DNA of 46,026 bases from Fibrobacter succinogenes. Lineage in GTDB: Bacteria > Fibrobacterota > Fibrobacteria > Fibrobacterales > Fibrobacteraceae. The stretch's first letter is position 1, and every line of letters begins with the position of its first letter. Where the stretch lies: the NCBI GenBank assembly GCA_902795385.1, contig CADBLC010000002.1:1-46026 (forward strand), read 5' to 3'. Made by a program: the position numbers and the translations under genes. Below, one piece after another: positions 45,458 to 46,026 of the stretch. A model generated the notes under the pieces. The model saw only the letters and a program-made list of their open reading frames with translations, ran no database searches and was not told the DNA's origin.

Positions 45458-46026
45458 GTGATTCAAATCCAGAACGTTTCCAAGTCCTTCGGCGTACAGG
45501 TCCTTTTGGACGGCGCCTCCCTGCTCGTGGGCGACCATGAGCGCGTGGGGCTCGTGGGCCGCAACGGTTGCGGAAAATCCACGCTGTTCAAGATGATTTT
45601 GGGCCAGGAATGCCTCGATGGCGGGTCCATCGACATCCCCAAGAAGTATACGCTCGGCTACCTGCAGCAGCACCTGAACTTCACGCACGCGACCGTGCAC
45701 GAAGAGGCATGCAGCGTGCTCAAGCCCAATGAAGACGGCTGGATAGAAGAACACAAGGTGGAGGCCATCCTGTTCGGTCTCGGATTCGACGAAGAATCCA
45801 TGCACAAGAGCCCCTCGTTGCTTTCGGGCGGTTTCCAGATTCGCCTGAACCTGGCGAAGGTGTTGGCGAGCGAGCCCGACATGCTGCTGCTCGACGAACC
45901 GACAAACTACCTCGACATCGTGTCGATGCGCTGGCTCAGCCGCTTTTTGCGCAACTGGAAGGGCGAAGTGCTTTTGATTACGCACGACCACCACTTTATG
46001 GACGAGGTCTGCACGCACACCGCCGG
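45458..46026 (+). CDS. ABC-F family ATP-binding protein (partial)
   Basis: GTG start, MIQIQNVSKSFG...GRNGCGKST, GYLQQ, LSGG, LLLDEPTNYLD and ITHD; runs off the window end. Confidence 0.9.
   Translation, partial: MIQIQNVSKSFGVQVLLDGASLLVGDHERVGLVGRNGCGKSTLFKMILGQECLDGGSIDIPKKYTLGYLQQHLNFTHATVHEEACSVLKPNEDGWIEEHKVEAILFGLGFDEESMHKSPSLLSGGFQIRLNLAKVLASEPDMLLLDEPTNYLDIVSMRWLSRFLRNWKGEVLLITHDHHFMDEVCTHTA

Noticed and set aside
45371-46018. 215-aa minus-strand ORF
   Set aside because: Antisense to the clear ABC-F gene on the plus strand.

Overview
Window from a Fibrobacter-like genome, inferred from a FISUMP lipoprotein and Ser-rich exported proteins with Fibrobacter-type C-terminal domains. 1-10.9 kb is GC-rich housekeeping DNA: partial prs, lipoproteins, lysA, a Dcu transporter, dxs and oxidoreductases. 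lysA, dcu and an MBL hydrolase are broken by small internal deletions that may be assembly artefacts. About 10.9-37.4 kb is an accessory, partly AT-richer island with no visible integrase. It carries small unknown and Zn-ribbon proteins, PD-(D/E)XK nucleases, a Doc-type Fic fusion followed by a metallophosphoesterase, a DUF4143 ATPase, a type III R-M system, a rhuM remnant and a WYL regulator - tandem AAA ATPase - recC-recB-recD block. The strongest unannotated signal is a palindromic box (CGACA-N5-TGTCG) in front of seven island transcription units. In six of them it lies exactly 11 nt before a TA(T)(A/C)TT -10 element, the DriD/PafBC-type geometry. This points to an island-wide ssDNA/DNA-break-inducible WYL regulon encoded next to a RecBCD. 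Other non-coding signals: a candidate attenuator RNA in the mod leader, inverted ~90-bp repeats flanking the R-M genes, a duplicated covarying leader/sRNA, and twin covarying palindromes upstream of and inside the DUF1016 gene. 37.4-46 kb holds an alpha/beta hydrolase, two paralogous Ser-rich exported proteins and a partial ABC-F gene.
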